The position numbers and the translations under genes are program-made. DNA of 62,622 nucleotides, the filler included, from Choristocarpus tenellus KU-1152 (taxonomy: Eukaryota > Protista > Phaeophyceae), in assembly GCA_964200185.2 (NCBI GenBank). It is 9 parts of 9 records of this genome, joined end to end, with 100 filler letters (N's around TTAATTAATTAA, not from the genome) between each part and the next. Parts side by side here need not be neighbours in the genome. Positions count along the whole stretch, not along the records: positions 52,659 to 58,270 come from CAXNAD020010250.1; positions 58,371 to 62,622 come from CAXNAD020015471.1; 7 more parts are not named here. One strand, given 5' to 3'. A model generated the notes under the pieces. It was not told the origin of the DNA and did not search any database. It saw only the letters and a program-made list of their open reading frames with translations. This document shows, piece after piece, positions 52,559-62,622 of the stretch. Position 1 is the first letter of the stretch; each line of letters begins with the position of its first letter.

Positions 52559-52658
52559 NNNNNNNNNNNNNNNNNNNNNNNNNNNNNNNNNNNNNNNNNN
52601 NNTTAATTAATTAANNNNNNNNNNNNNNNNNNNNNNNNNNNNNNNNNNNNNNNNNNNN

Positions 52659-52940
52659 TTCGTTCTTTGCCCTGTTTGTCTGTTTGGGGCTTGGCTGTTC
52701 ACTTTTTTTTTTTTAATGACATCATACCTACTCCGAAATGTTTTGGAGTAGGTAAAGTGTGTACGTTATGAAAAGGTGTGTGTGGAACAAGGATACTGAC
52801 ACTTCCTAACAAACACGATGTATATATATATATTAATATATATATATATATATATGGCCAAAATTACATCAAAATCGCAACAATGGATTTTTGCCCCAAT
52901 AAACGAATGCGGCTCTACCCTCTAAGATCTACTTCAACTC
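52659..52940 (-). mobile_element. MITE family A copy with internal (TA)n expansion
   Basis: Reverse-complement homology; ends ACCCTCTAAGATCTACTTCAACTC. Confidence 0.85.
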
Positions 52941-53179
52941 ATTGCCCTCTGCCGTTACTTTTGGTTTCCCTTTGAGAAGAATTGTTTTTTGTTCCTTCTG
53001 ATGGATCTATCTTTTTAAAATTTAATTATTTCCGATGTGTGTGAAAAATGAGGTAAGAAGAGTAAGCACGTAGTAAGACATGACGTGCCTTGGTGGATAA
53101 TAGATCGTTGTGTTTTTATACTTGGTGCTATTTTGGCATTAAGGTTTTGTATTTTTTATTTATTTATATATATATATAT

Positions 53180-53419
53180 GAGCCAAAGTATCTTAGAGGG
53201 TAGAGTCGCGTCCATTTGGGGGTCAAAATCCAATGTTGCGATTTAGATGTAATTTTTGCTGTCAATATCCTTATTGCGGATACACCTTTTCATAACATAC
53301 ACATTTTACCTACTTCGAATTATTTTGGAGTAGGAAAATGACATAAAAAAACCCGAGGGAAGCCAAGCCCCAAATGGACAAACAGGGCAAAACTTGTACC
53401 CTCTAAGATACTTTCACTC
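53180..53419 (+). mobile_element. MITE family A copy (internal ~20-bp deletion)
   Basis: Intact TIRs; TSD TAT/TAT. Confidence 0.9.
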
Positions 53420-53649
53420 TATATTGCTTTTGATTAAAGGTTCTTAGCACGTAGAACACTCTTGGTACTATTTTTTTGTATTTTATTATTTTTTGAGGCT
53501 CGATTGAATGTTCTTTTCTTCTCAATGTTGGTTACTACGGCGTTATCATATCATTGGAAGGTATTTTTTTTTTAATTTAATAATTTTGTGATTTCCTTTC
53601 ATCTATGTTTTACATTTTATTTTTAACTGCACTTTTTTTTTTACTCCAG

Positions 53650-56600
53650 GACCAGGGGGAGAGGAGGAGGTAGGGGAGAAGGACGTTTGCTGAACACAGA
53701 CATGTCGAACACTGGGGAGACGAGGGGTTTCTTAAAGAGGTTGGAGGTGCGTGCGTAAATTCATTTTTATTTTTGTGTATATCGTTTTGTAAGCGCCACC
53801 CCGAAACATCCCCCGTGATATAACTGTGTGCCTGTTTGTGTCCTGTGTGTCTGTCTTGTCTGTCTTGTCTGTCTTGTCTGTCTTGTCTGTTGTCTCCCTT
53901 GGTTGTGGCCCTTCTTGTGCCGCACCATTGCATGCTGCTTGTTTTTTTGTTTTGTTTTTTCCGTATTTGACAAACAGGATAAAAAGTAAATAGTGCATAT
54001 ATATATATTTATTTATTTTTTGGAGAGTTTTGATTGGCCGGGTGTCGTGTTCATTTCTGTGCCCATCTGCACCTATCTGCACTTGGAACTTTTTTAGTAC
54101 AATTTTTTATTTTTTATTTATTTTTGTTCTGAGGAGAGGTTGGTTTAAAAAAGGGACACACACAACACCTAGCTATATTCATACGCCTTATCTTCTCCTA
54201 TTCTTGAGTTATTTTTTTTTGTATTATTTTACCTTTTTTTAAACTCTGAAGTGCATGTGCTCTGATCTTTCTTGTTTAGAAAAAAATAATATATGCTTAT
54301 CTTTTTCTTCTTCTCTTCCTTTTTTCCTCTTGATGACTGAGATGCACATTGTTTTGGGGTAAAGATAATTTTAGTACGTATATTAAAGTATGTGGTGATT
54401 TTTTATTTCCATGATTAATTCTAAATACTCTATATATCTATATCTATATCTATATATATGTTTTTGTATTCAGGAGAAGTGGATGGGTGCTAGCTTTGAT
54501 TCTGTGCTGCTGGATCATTATTGGCTGCCAGATTCAGTAGTCTGGCTCAAGAAGGGGTACATGGTGAGTGAGTAGGGTTAGGGTTAAGTACCTCCCTCTT
54601 CAGTGCACTTGATACGTTGTTGATGCTTTTTTTTTCCTATACATTCATACCTTTTTTTGTCAGAAATGTGTTTATTGTTTCTTTTAAGCAGCACTTTTTT
54701 TTCTTTGTGTACCTTTTTTGACAAAATTGTGTTTGTTTCTTTTAAGCAGCATTTTTTTTTCTATGCATACCTTTTTTTGATGAAATTGTGTTCATTGTTT
54801 CTTTGAGCAGCACTTTTTTTTCTATGCATACCTTTTTTTGAAAAAATTGTGTTTATTGTTTCTTTTAAGCAGCACTTTTTTTTCTATGCATACCCTTTTT
54901 TGACAAGATTGTGTTCATTGTTTCTTTGGGCAGCACTTTTTTTTCTATGCATACCTTTTTTTGTCAGAAATGTGTTTATTGTTTCTTCCAAGCAGCATTT
55001 TTTAATTCTTCTGGTAGTGTTGTAAATTGCTGGTGTATGTCTTTATTTCTGTCGTATATACCTTTTTTTTTTATTATTATAAAGAACCGATTAGTGATTT
55101 TTGTACTTGAGAACGATCTGTTCTGTGTGTTACTGGGGAATTGTAATGATTGATGCACACAGGTGGAGTCCGGTATGTGTTTGTTGTGTACAGGTATAGG
55201 GTGTCTTCTGATGCTACTGTTAAAAAAAAAAACACTATTATTTTTTGTTTTCTATTTCATTTCAAATTTCAAATTTTGGAAATTTGAAAAAGATGTAGCT
55301 CAGTATGACTAACTCACAAGAACTCTTTGAAAATTGAAAAATTACTTTGGTTGTATATATATATTTGTTACAAAGGTGTCTGTTGTGAGGGAGTCTGTAT
55401 CCAATTGAAGGACTCTCCTGCATATACACTTGACTGATATTGTTTAGTATTTTTTATAGCTGTTTGGGTGTTGTGTGTGTGGGCGTGCTTTGGAGGTGTG
55501 TGCCCTGTTAGGTTTTGTATGAATATATATATATATTTTTTTCAAAATATTACTCTTTTGCATACGCCGATTATAATTATTTATTATTGTCGATATGAAG
55601 TTTAAATAAAAAAAAGGATATGTTTTTTGTTTTGTCTAACATACTGTTAATAGTATGGGGTCATTTCAAAAAACGGAGTTAGGCGCATGAGAGTAAATTT
55701 TTTTTAAATATGATAGTGACGTGTTATCAATCCCGGTAGTAGTAATAGATGCATTTTCTGTTGTGTGACATTGCTGCTTTGATGAGAGGTTGTCTAATTT
55801 TGTGAATTGTTGTTACAAGCTATGGTGATTATTGTTACTGTTACTTTGTATGTTCACCATAAGTTAGGAGCGATTTGTGGACTACAAACCAACAGGAACA
55901 CAAGGGTGGTGTCAGACTTTTTTTAATTTTTTTGTGAGGGTCTTGAAAAATCCTGTTGTATGAGGTTGACCAAAAAAATCTCAGGGAAATCGAGAGAAGT
56001 ATCATTATTAATAAAATCTGTGTGTGTGTGTGTGTGTGTGTGTTTGTATAGATAGTAGTATTATTTGATTTTTATTATTGTTCTTACTTTTTATGTATTT
56101 GAGGTATAATGTGTACATATGTTTGCATTTATTGTATGTTATTTATTTTTTATTTGAAGTGCGATGTATGTGAAAACATTTTTGTGTTTAGTTGAAGTGT
56201 ATTTTGTGTGTATACTTATCTGCTTATAATATATTTATTTTTATTCGTTTGAGGTACTATTTTTGTTTTTTTATTATTGTCTGTGCGTTTATGTGTGTAC
56301 ATGCGTTTGTTGATTGGTCTAGGCAAATGAAGGAGGGCTGATTGAGAATCTGGTGAAGATGAAGACCGACACTCGTATGCTTAGAAACGATTTCGAGATA
56401 CTCCTTCCCATCAATCAGGTCAGATCACGAAGGGGCGAGGTACTGGGAGTATTTTTTATTTTTTATTTTAGATAGTGAATCTACTGCTCCTTGTTCGGTC
56501 AAGTATTTCTTGTTTCTTTTTATTTTATTTTGCTGACTTTTTTTTTTTCAGCTCTTGACTGTTCCTCAGCATTTTTTCGATGGTTGCTCCCCTTTGCAAG

Positions 56601-57699
56601 GGTTAAGGTTAGGGTTAGGGTTAGGGTTAGGGTTAGGGTCGATCTCGGCCTCGAAGGGTATGGCGTGTTGAATAAGCTTAGTGTGTGTGTGTAAGGCTCG
56701 CCATCGAAAGGTTTTGGTTGAGTTACATGGTGAAAATTGACTGAATTATTTTATTAATTGCCTGCCAGGTGTCCAATATCACTGACATATGAATAATCGT
56801 TGACTCATCATACCGTTACTTGTCGTACCATTACTCATCATTGCATTACTCATCATACCGTTACTTGTCATACCGTTACTCATCATACCATTACTCATCA
56901 TACCATTACTCATCATACCATTACTCATCATACCATTACTCATCATACCGTTACTCATCATACCTCTACTCACCATTCTGTTACTCATCATATCACTACT
57001 CATCATACCTCTACTCACCATTCTGTTACTCATCATATCACTACTCATCATACCGTTACTCATCATACCTCTACTCAGCATACCGTTTAGCAAGTTACTA
57101 CTTTGTATTGTACCAAACCGAAGATGAATGTACATGAAGACTGTTATATGCTTGTATCGCATGAGCGCATGCAATGTAAGGATAACACTAGGTTGTTCAA
57201 CAGGGCGAGGGCAAGATGAGAAGTTCCTTTTTTCATATTTCGTAGTATTTTATTTTACTGTATTTGCAAGAAAATTTATATTATTTGTGTCACGAGTTTT
57301 GCTTTGGTATCCTCGCGAGCAGTCCTTGATTTCCTGTTTTATGAGATAGATCATAGTGTAGTGGTATGTCTTGTGTGTATGTGGGAGAGGTCACTTGAAG
57401 GCTCTACTGTATCTGTATGTGGAATTGGATAGATATCTATCTTGAAGGCTCTACTGTATCTGTATGTGGAATTGGATAGATATCTATCTTGAAGGCTCTA
57501 CTGTATCTGTATGTGGAATTGGATAGATATCTATCTGTCCGTCGATAAGTCTATGGATGTAATATTAATACACATGCGTGTGCTTAACTCTTTTGACATA
57601 TTCTTCCCTCCCATCCCTGTATGTTGATTGTTGGTGCCCTGTTTGATTGTTTCAGGCGTTTTTTGAGCTTCTGATGCCGCACTTCCCAGCAATGGAAAG
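53650..57699 (+). CDS. hypothetical protein, internal exons; possible class I SAM-methyltransferase-like fold
   Basis: Phase-compatible exons 53650-53746, 54474-54563, 56323-56418, 57656-57699: ..GFLKRLE/EKWMGASFDSVLLDHYWLPDSVVWLKKGYM/ANEGGLIENLVKMKTDTRMLRNDFEILLPINQ/AFFELLMPHFPAME. Confidence 0.7.
53848..53890. repeat. 9-bp tandem repeat (TCTGTCTTG)n
   Basis: Direct inspection. Confidence 0.9.
54625..55005. repeat. ~60-bp T-rich minisatellite, ~6 copies
   Basis: Unit CTATGCATACC(T)nGA.AAATTGTGTTYATTGTTTCTTT.AGCAGCAC(T)n. Confidence 0.9.
56599..56638 (+). repeat. interstitial telomere-like (TTAGGG)n
   Basis: About 6 units; shorter tracts also at 995, 25441, 25919, 26808, 27106, 27186, 45758, 45938, 45975, 48879, 54573, 59064 and others. 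Confidence 0.9.
56802..57090. repeat. 15-bp minisatellite (ACTCATCATACCRTT), ~19 copies with a 45-bp higher-order duplication
   Basis: Direct inspection; intronic. Confidence 0.93.
57394..57536. repeat. perfect 47-bp tandem repeat x3
   Basis: CTTGAAGGCTCTACTGTATCTGTATGTGGAATTGGATAGATATCTAT at 57394, 57441, 57488. Confidence 0.95.
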
Positions 57700-57724
57700 G
57701 TGAATCTTATCTAGTATATTTTTG

Positions 57725-57945
57725 TCTATCCATACCATGTAAGTATGATGTAGTATTATCTATCCATACCATGTAAGTATGGTGTAGTACTATCTATCCA
57801 TACCATGTAAGTATGATGTAGTACTATCTATCCATACCATGTAAGTATAGTGTAGTATTATCTATCCACACCATGTAAGTATAGTGTAGTATTATCTATC
57901 CATACCATGTAAGTATAGTGTAGTACTATCTATCCATACCATGTA
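57725..57945. repeat. 34-bp tandem repeat x~6.5
   Basis: TCTATCCATACCATGTAAGTATRRTGTAGTAYTA. Confidence 0.95.
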
Positions 57946-58399
57946 AATAAATACAGAATTGTTGTGGTCTCTGTAACGGTATGACTAACTGCTGTGAAAT
58001 AAACTAATGATGTTACGACAAAGTATGTAATGTATACCGTCAATGGTATATTGCGTTTATCGATGGTATAACTAATAACATCATACCAACCCACCAAGTC
58101 TCTCACGTCTGATTGGCTGGAATATCTGATTTGCCCTTAAAATCAAGCATGAGCCCCCAATTTTTTTATTTGTTTACTTCTCTCATCCGTACGCCCCCCC
58201 CCCTGGAGTACAAGGCCCAATTGCTGAGATGCGTAAACTGCTTACACCTGAACTGTCTGGCGTGATTGTGNNNNNNNNNNNNNNNNNNNNNNNNNNNNNN
58301 NNNNNNNNNNNNNNTTAATTAATTAANNNNNNNNNNNNNNNNNNNNNNNNNNNNNNNNNNNNNNNNNNNNAATAGTACCACCCTAACCCCTTCTTTTTT

Positions 58400-58430
58400 C
58401 CCCCCCCCCCCCCCCCAGATACTTTGACCC
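58400..58430. mobile_element. MITE family B end
   Basis: (C)nAGATACTTTGACCC close to a linker. Confidence 0.55.
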
Positions 58431-58976
58431 ACTACTTAGCATTTGCATATTATTTGAACTGGATTGTTGCAGGTACAAAATAGTGTTGCATGTATTCCCG
58501 TCATCAGTGATATGAACATCACATAGAGCTGTCCTTCTAAAATAACACACATTCTGTCATAACACAAAATATGCTGTGTTGTAACATTGTGTTATTATGC
58601 TATAAGTGTGTGTGTGTGTGTGTGTGTTTATAATCAGTGCAATAAAATAACAGTTTGCGTTACGACACAGCTTCTGCCCTATGCCACAACACACCACGTT
58701 GCATCATGGCATAACCAACATTCTGCGCCACGAAGCAACATTTTTTTTTTTGTGAAATATCTGAATAAAAAATCGCAGGCGTGCTTGCACAGTTGAGAAG
58801 TATCTTGTAAGAAATGTCACACCATCAACAGAACAAACAAGACAACGTGTGGATTACCCATCAAGAAATATCAGAATCATCACCATGCAACAGCTGGAAC
58901 AGATATGGAGTGCAGCGGAATAAAACTCTGAGAGGGAAGTAAGTACCTCTTGTCAATTCCGAGCAAAAGCATTTAT

Positions 58977-59223
58977 GAGTGTAGGAGTTTTGTCCTGTTC
59001 ATCGATTTGGGACTTGACTTCCCACGTGTTTTTCATGTCATTTTTCGGTTTTCTGTGTGAACACTAACCCTAACCCTAAAATGTATACGACTATGAAAGG
59101 TGTGTCCGGAGCAAGGATGTTGACACTTGCTAACAAACGCGATAGCCAAAATCAATCAAAATTGCAACATTGGATTGGCGACCCCGAATGGACGCAACGC
59201 TACCCTCTCAAATACTTTGGGTC
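58977..59223 (-). mobile_element. MITE family A copy, internal hairpin replaced by filler with telomeric repeats
   Basis: Reverse-complement homology; ends TACCCTCTCAAATACTTTGGGTC; CTAACCCTAACCCTAA at ~59064-59079. Confidence 0.8.
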
Positions 59224-59319
59224 TCTGTCAATAAGCCGTGCAGTAATATGTAATGGCGCGACAAAGGGGATGCTAGCACAACACTTTGGAGAGTGATGAG
59301 CCGTGACACTGTTCTGTCT

Positions 59320-59660
59320 GACTCAAAGTATCTGTGGGGGGTCTACACCAGGGCGTCCATTTGGCGCAAAATCAGGAAAAGAGCACTTACATCATTTGTC
59401 TGACGTATGCAACCGAATCGCACAAAACTCGCGACATGAAAAAATCGGCCCCAAATGGACAGCCCCCCCCCCCCCCCCCCCCCCCCCCCACCCCCCCCCC
59501 CCCCCCCCAAACCCCCCCCCCAACCATCTTTTTATCTTCTGCANNNNNNNNNNTTTTTCATGGAGTTACCACAACACCCCCAACAACCCCTCCACAAAAA
59601 AAACACCCCCCAAAACCACCCCCCCCCCCCCCCCCCCCCCCCCAACAGATACTTTGAACC
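59320..59660 (+). mobile_element. MITE family B copy with expanded or poorly assembled poly-C
   Basis: GACTCAAAGTATCTG...CAGATACTTTGAACC; TSD TCT/TCT. Confidence 0.85.
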
Positions 59661-60549
59661 TCTCCTACAGACAAAACCCCGTAACATAGCATTTTGTGAC
59701 ATGGCATAACCTGTCTTTACACTGAGGTGGCGACATATGCTGTGAATGTTTTGGACGGGACCATTGTGAGCATTGCATGGTGTTGAATATAATTTCAGCC
59801 TGGAGTGTTGCAAGCCCTACGCAATGTCAACTCTAAGGGTGTGTGTAACATGGTGTTAATTGTGTATGTTTCTAAGGTGTGCCAGTTGTGCTTTGAAGGA
59901 GAGGTGTACCCACCACGCTACGACTCCCACTCCCAGAAGTCGTGCTTACACTTCCCGTCTCAGTCTCTTTTCCGTCTGTACTGCCCTGCTCTGGTCTGTA
60001 GTGTAAGCCCCAGGGGGGGCGGGATGCATCTGCACAGATCTTTCCCTGTTTCAGAACGAAATGGTTATACAACAACCTGCTCAGTCTGTGCATGGGCTAA
60101 CGCGCTTCTAGCTGCTTCAATGCATTTCCCGTGCACTCAGCATCCAAGAAGTGACTGTACGGAATTACAGAGTAAAGCACGAACCTCATGGAATGTAGGA
60201 GTGTTTCTGAGTTTGCGGTCTTCCAGACGTTCACCATATTGTGGATAAATTATCTACGAGGGGGGGCGATGTTTGAACCTTTTGGTTTTTAAGGCCTCTT
60301 CAAACCTCACACAATGTAAACCATGCCAACACCTGAATTGTCCTTAGCCAACCCCCTGTGTGCCTGTACAAAACGAATGTCCGTGAACATACGGTTACCC
60401 TAAGTATCCTCCACGGTCCTCAAAATACACATAGCGCAAGGTACTCAGTCACAGGGACCATCAAAACTCAATGGCACCCTCCTTTCAGATGGCATCGCTC
60501 TCTAATTTCAGAGGATTGATGTTGGACTCCACTAGGTTAACCCAAATTG

Positions 60550-61300
60550 TAAAGTGTGAGCAGCAAGAAAGGGAGTGAACCAGGTTGTGAAAGAACGACT
60601 GTTCGGATACTTCAAAACTTCGATCCTTGTGGCCTCTGACAGCTTTCAACTAGCCTTTGTCTTACGCTTCAGGTGGGAGGAAAGCTGGACCAGCTGGGCT
60701 TAGATGACAGAAAGTTCTCAGATTTCGAAGAAGTATAGGAGCATATTCCTTAGTGAATGCTGCTAAAGTATCTTGCAGGACAGAAGCACATGCTGGTGCA
60801 GCTATCTAATCCCAATAACTGTCTCAAAGTGAAGTGAAGCACGACAACGGACTGACTGAGAACACGAAAGAGGAGAATGCCTAGCGATATAAGGACCAGC
60901 ATGTGACAATACAAGCCTCCCACCAATACATGAAACAGTTGATTGCCTGTGATTCTCATTTGTTCACAGAAAATTAGGTCAAGACGCTCTTAAGTCAGGA
61001 TATCACCTTGAGAAACATTTTTCCCCCTCTGTGATGGTAGGTGCCGTCACGAGGTAGGTTGGCTGCAGCAGGCCCATATATTTTGGTGAAGAGACGTTCA
61101 CTCTCTATAGGTCTAGGATAGGGATTGATTGTGTCTTAGCCAGGGTGAAGTAGATGGCACTCTGAAGTTCTTGTGGATGCATGCTGTGGGTGAATAATTG
61201 CAATTGAGCACTCAGTGGAGGAGAAAAAAGAGCATCCTAATGCAGGACAACCTAAAATGTTGTGACAACTGTGTCATGTTGTGTGCTTGCTTGCTTGAGA
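60550..61300 (+). mobile_element. highly decayed LINE remnant
   Basis: Patchy motifs RAARKGVNQVVKE.. and KYRSI.LVNAAKV (compare NYRGISLV..AGKV). Confidence 0.3.
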
Positions 61301-62213
61301 CTTCACCTGTACTACGACAGTCCATGCCAAGAGCACAAGAAGCTGTCACACCCGGAACTTAGGACTCTAGTGCTGATAGTCCATTAATAGTCGGGTAGGC
61401 TCTGGGTAGAGCATATTTTACACTACATTCATCCTGTTCATTTCAAGAATACTTAGGGTTAGGTATACAATTGGGGGTAAGCTTCAATGACAGAGGTGAT
61501 AATTGCTTCAACAGACTGCTGACATTTCTGCAACCCCCTTATTGGCATGAGCGCCTCCGTGCTTCTGAACAAATGTAAATGCCACCACAGATACATGGCA
61601 CTGATTGCCACAGCTGCATAACCCAGCAGGCTCACATTTGTTGACCATACTCTTGGCTTCCAGGGGCCCTAGGTAGGCATCTATCCCCCAGCAGCTATAC
61701 ATTTGATCCGAGGATTTTCTAGCCACATGCCAATGGAACAGATCTAGCCACTTCAACTCTGCCAATTCCCTCGTTTGCAGAGGCTAATGAAGAGCGTTCC
61801 CTACATAGAAGCGGGTTCTTTATTCTCATTGCTGTTACAGGTGCTGTTACTGCTTCCTGAGTGCTAGCCAATGCCCCGTACCGCCTTCCATGGTCCAACC
61901 ATGCACCTTTATCGTGCAGTCACACCTTTCACTGGAGGTAATTGAGTCAGCAACAGGTTCCGCTGAATGAGATCTGGCGGTGGCCGTAAGTGAAGGGCCT
62001 TCACTGCAGAACTGTTTGCTCTTTTTCTCCCTTTCATGGAGAGGAGACCTGACCCTGTGCTCATTGGGGGGGACAAGGCGTGAGTTACACGAAGTCAGGT
62101 GGGCATGATTTTGTGCATTGCTCCATGAATGCAAGAAAAAACATGTGTCTAGCATCAAGAGAGATGTGCAGGGGGCAATGCCTGCGGAGCACATATCATG
62201 CTTGGGACTTGAA

Positions 62214-62254
<41 letters not shown>

Positions 62255-62602
62255 TCACAGTTAGTTCTGTTCGGAAACTCTCACCTCTTGATGAAAACCT
62301 TACCCTTTTTCTTGCCATGACTCCTTGCACAACACTTGAAAGCAGGGCAATGTTTGGCAACACTCATTCTTTGTACTTTGTCCTTTGTCCTTTGTCCAGG
62401 TTATTTTGAAGTATCTTCGAAGTCTAAGCTACCCTTCAAAGTGCATTTTTGGCAAAGATTGGGTCCACCTCGGCGTGACAACCACACTGCACATCCAAAT
62501 CCGGATTTGTGGATAGTTGTAAAGCATGTCTTTTTTCTCGATTTTTTTTTACACAATACTCCAAGATATTCACCCCATTAGCTAGACTGTGCTTGAAAAA
62601 AA

Positions 62603-62622
62603 GACCCAAAGTATCTGGGGTG
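62603..62622 (+). mobile_element. MITE family B end (window edge)
   Basis: GACCCAAAGTATCTGGGG. Confidence 0.55.

Noticed and set aside
56779-57174. MMSNG / THHT / SSYHY repeat ORFs
   Set aside because: By-products of a 15-bp minisatellite lying in an intron of the + strand gene
57394-57945. 47-bp and 34-bp direct repeats as a CRISPR array
   Set aside because: Units are head-to-tail with no unique spacers, there are no cas genes, and the context is a eukaryotic intron
59303-59813. poly-Pro/poly-Gly ORFs
   Set aside because: Poly-C tracts of a MITE B copy around a 10-N gap; probably partly sequencing noise
59805-62409. ORFs of 85-147 aa in the last scaffold
   Set aside because: No recognisable motifs or consistent exon chain; cannot be supported

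Overview
Eukaryotic nuclear DNA, most likely a brown alga (Phaeophyceae). This is inferred from mannuronan C-5 epimerase exons, many long GT-AG introns, TTAGGG-type motifs and an RTE-like LINE. The window is not contiguous: eight identical 100-bp linkers (44N+TTAATTAATTAA+44N) join nine probably unrelated scaffolds, so most genes are partial. I reconstructed spliced exons by hand for a USP40-like deubiquitinase (3' end), a mannuronan C-5 epimerase (3' end), a divergent Pth2-family protein, a PAP/fibrillin-domain protein (plus an inverted pseudogene copy), a CxxC..CxxC hypothetical protein, a candidate class I methyltransferase-like protein and two other hypothetical proteins. Also present are a distorted tRNA-Asn, two related MITE families with 3-bp TSDs (15 full or partial copies), a hAT-like MITE, decayed LINE, integrase and hAT remnants, several minisatellites, and many short interstitial telomere repeats, two of them inside MITE copies. 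I found no CRISPR array or prokaryotic system, and no single clearly novel system can be established from the sequence alone. Protein family calls rest on recalled motif similarity, not database searches.
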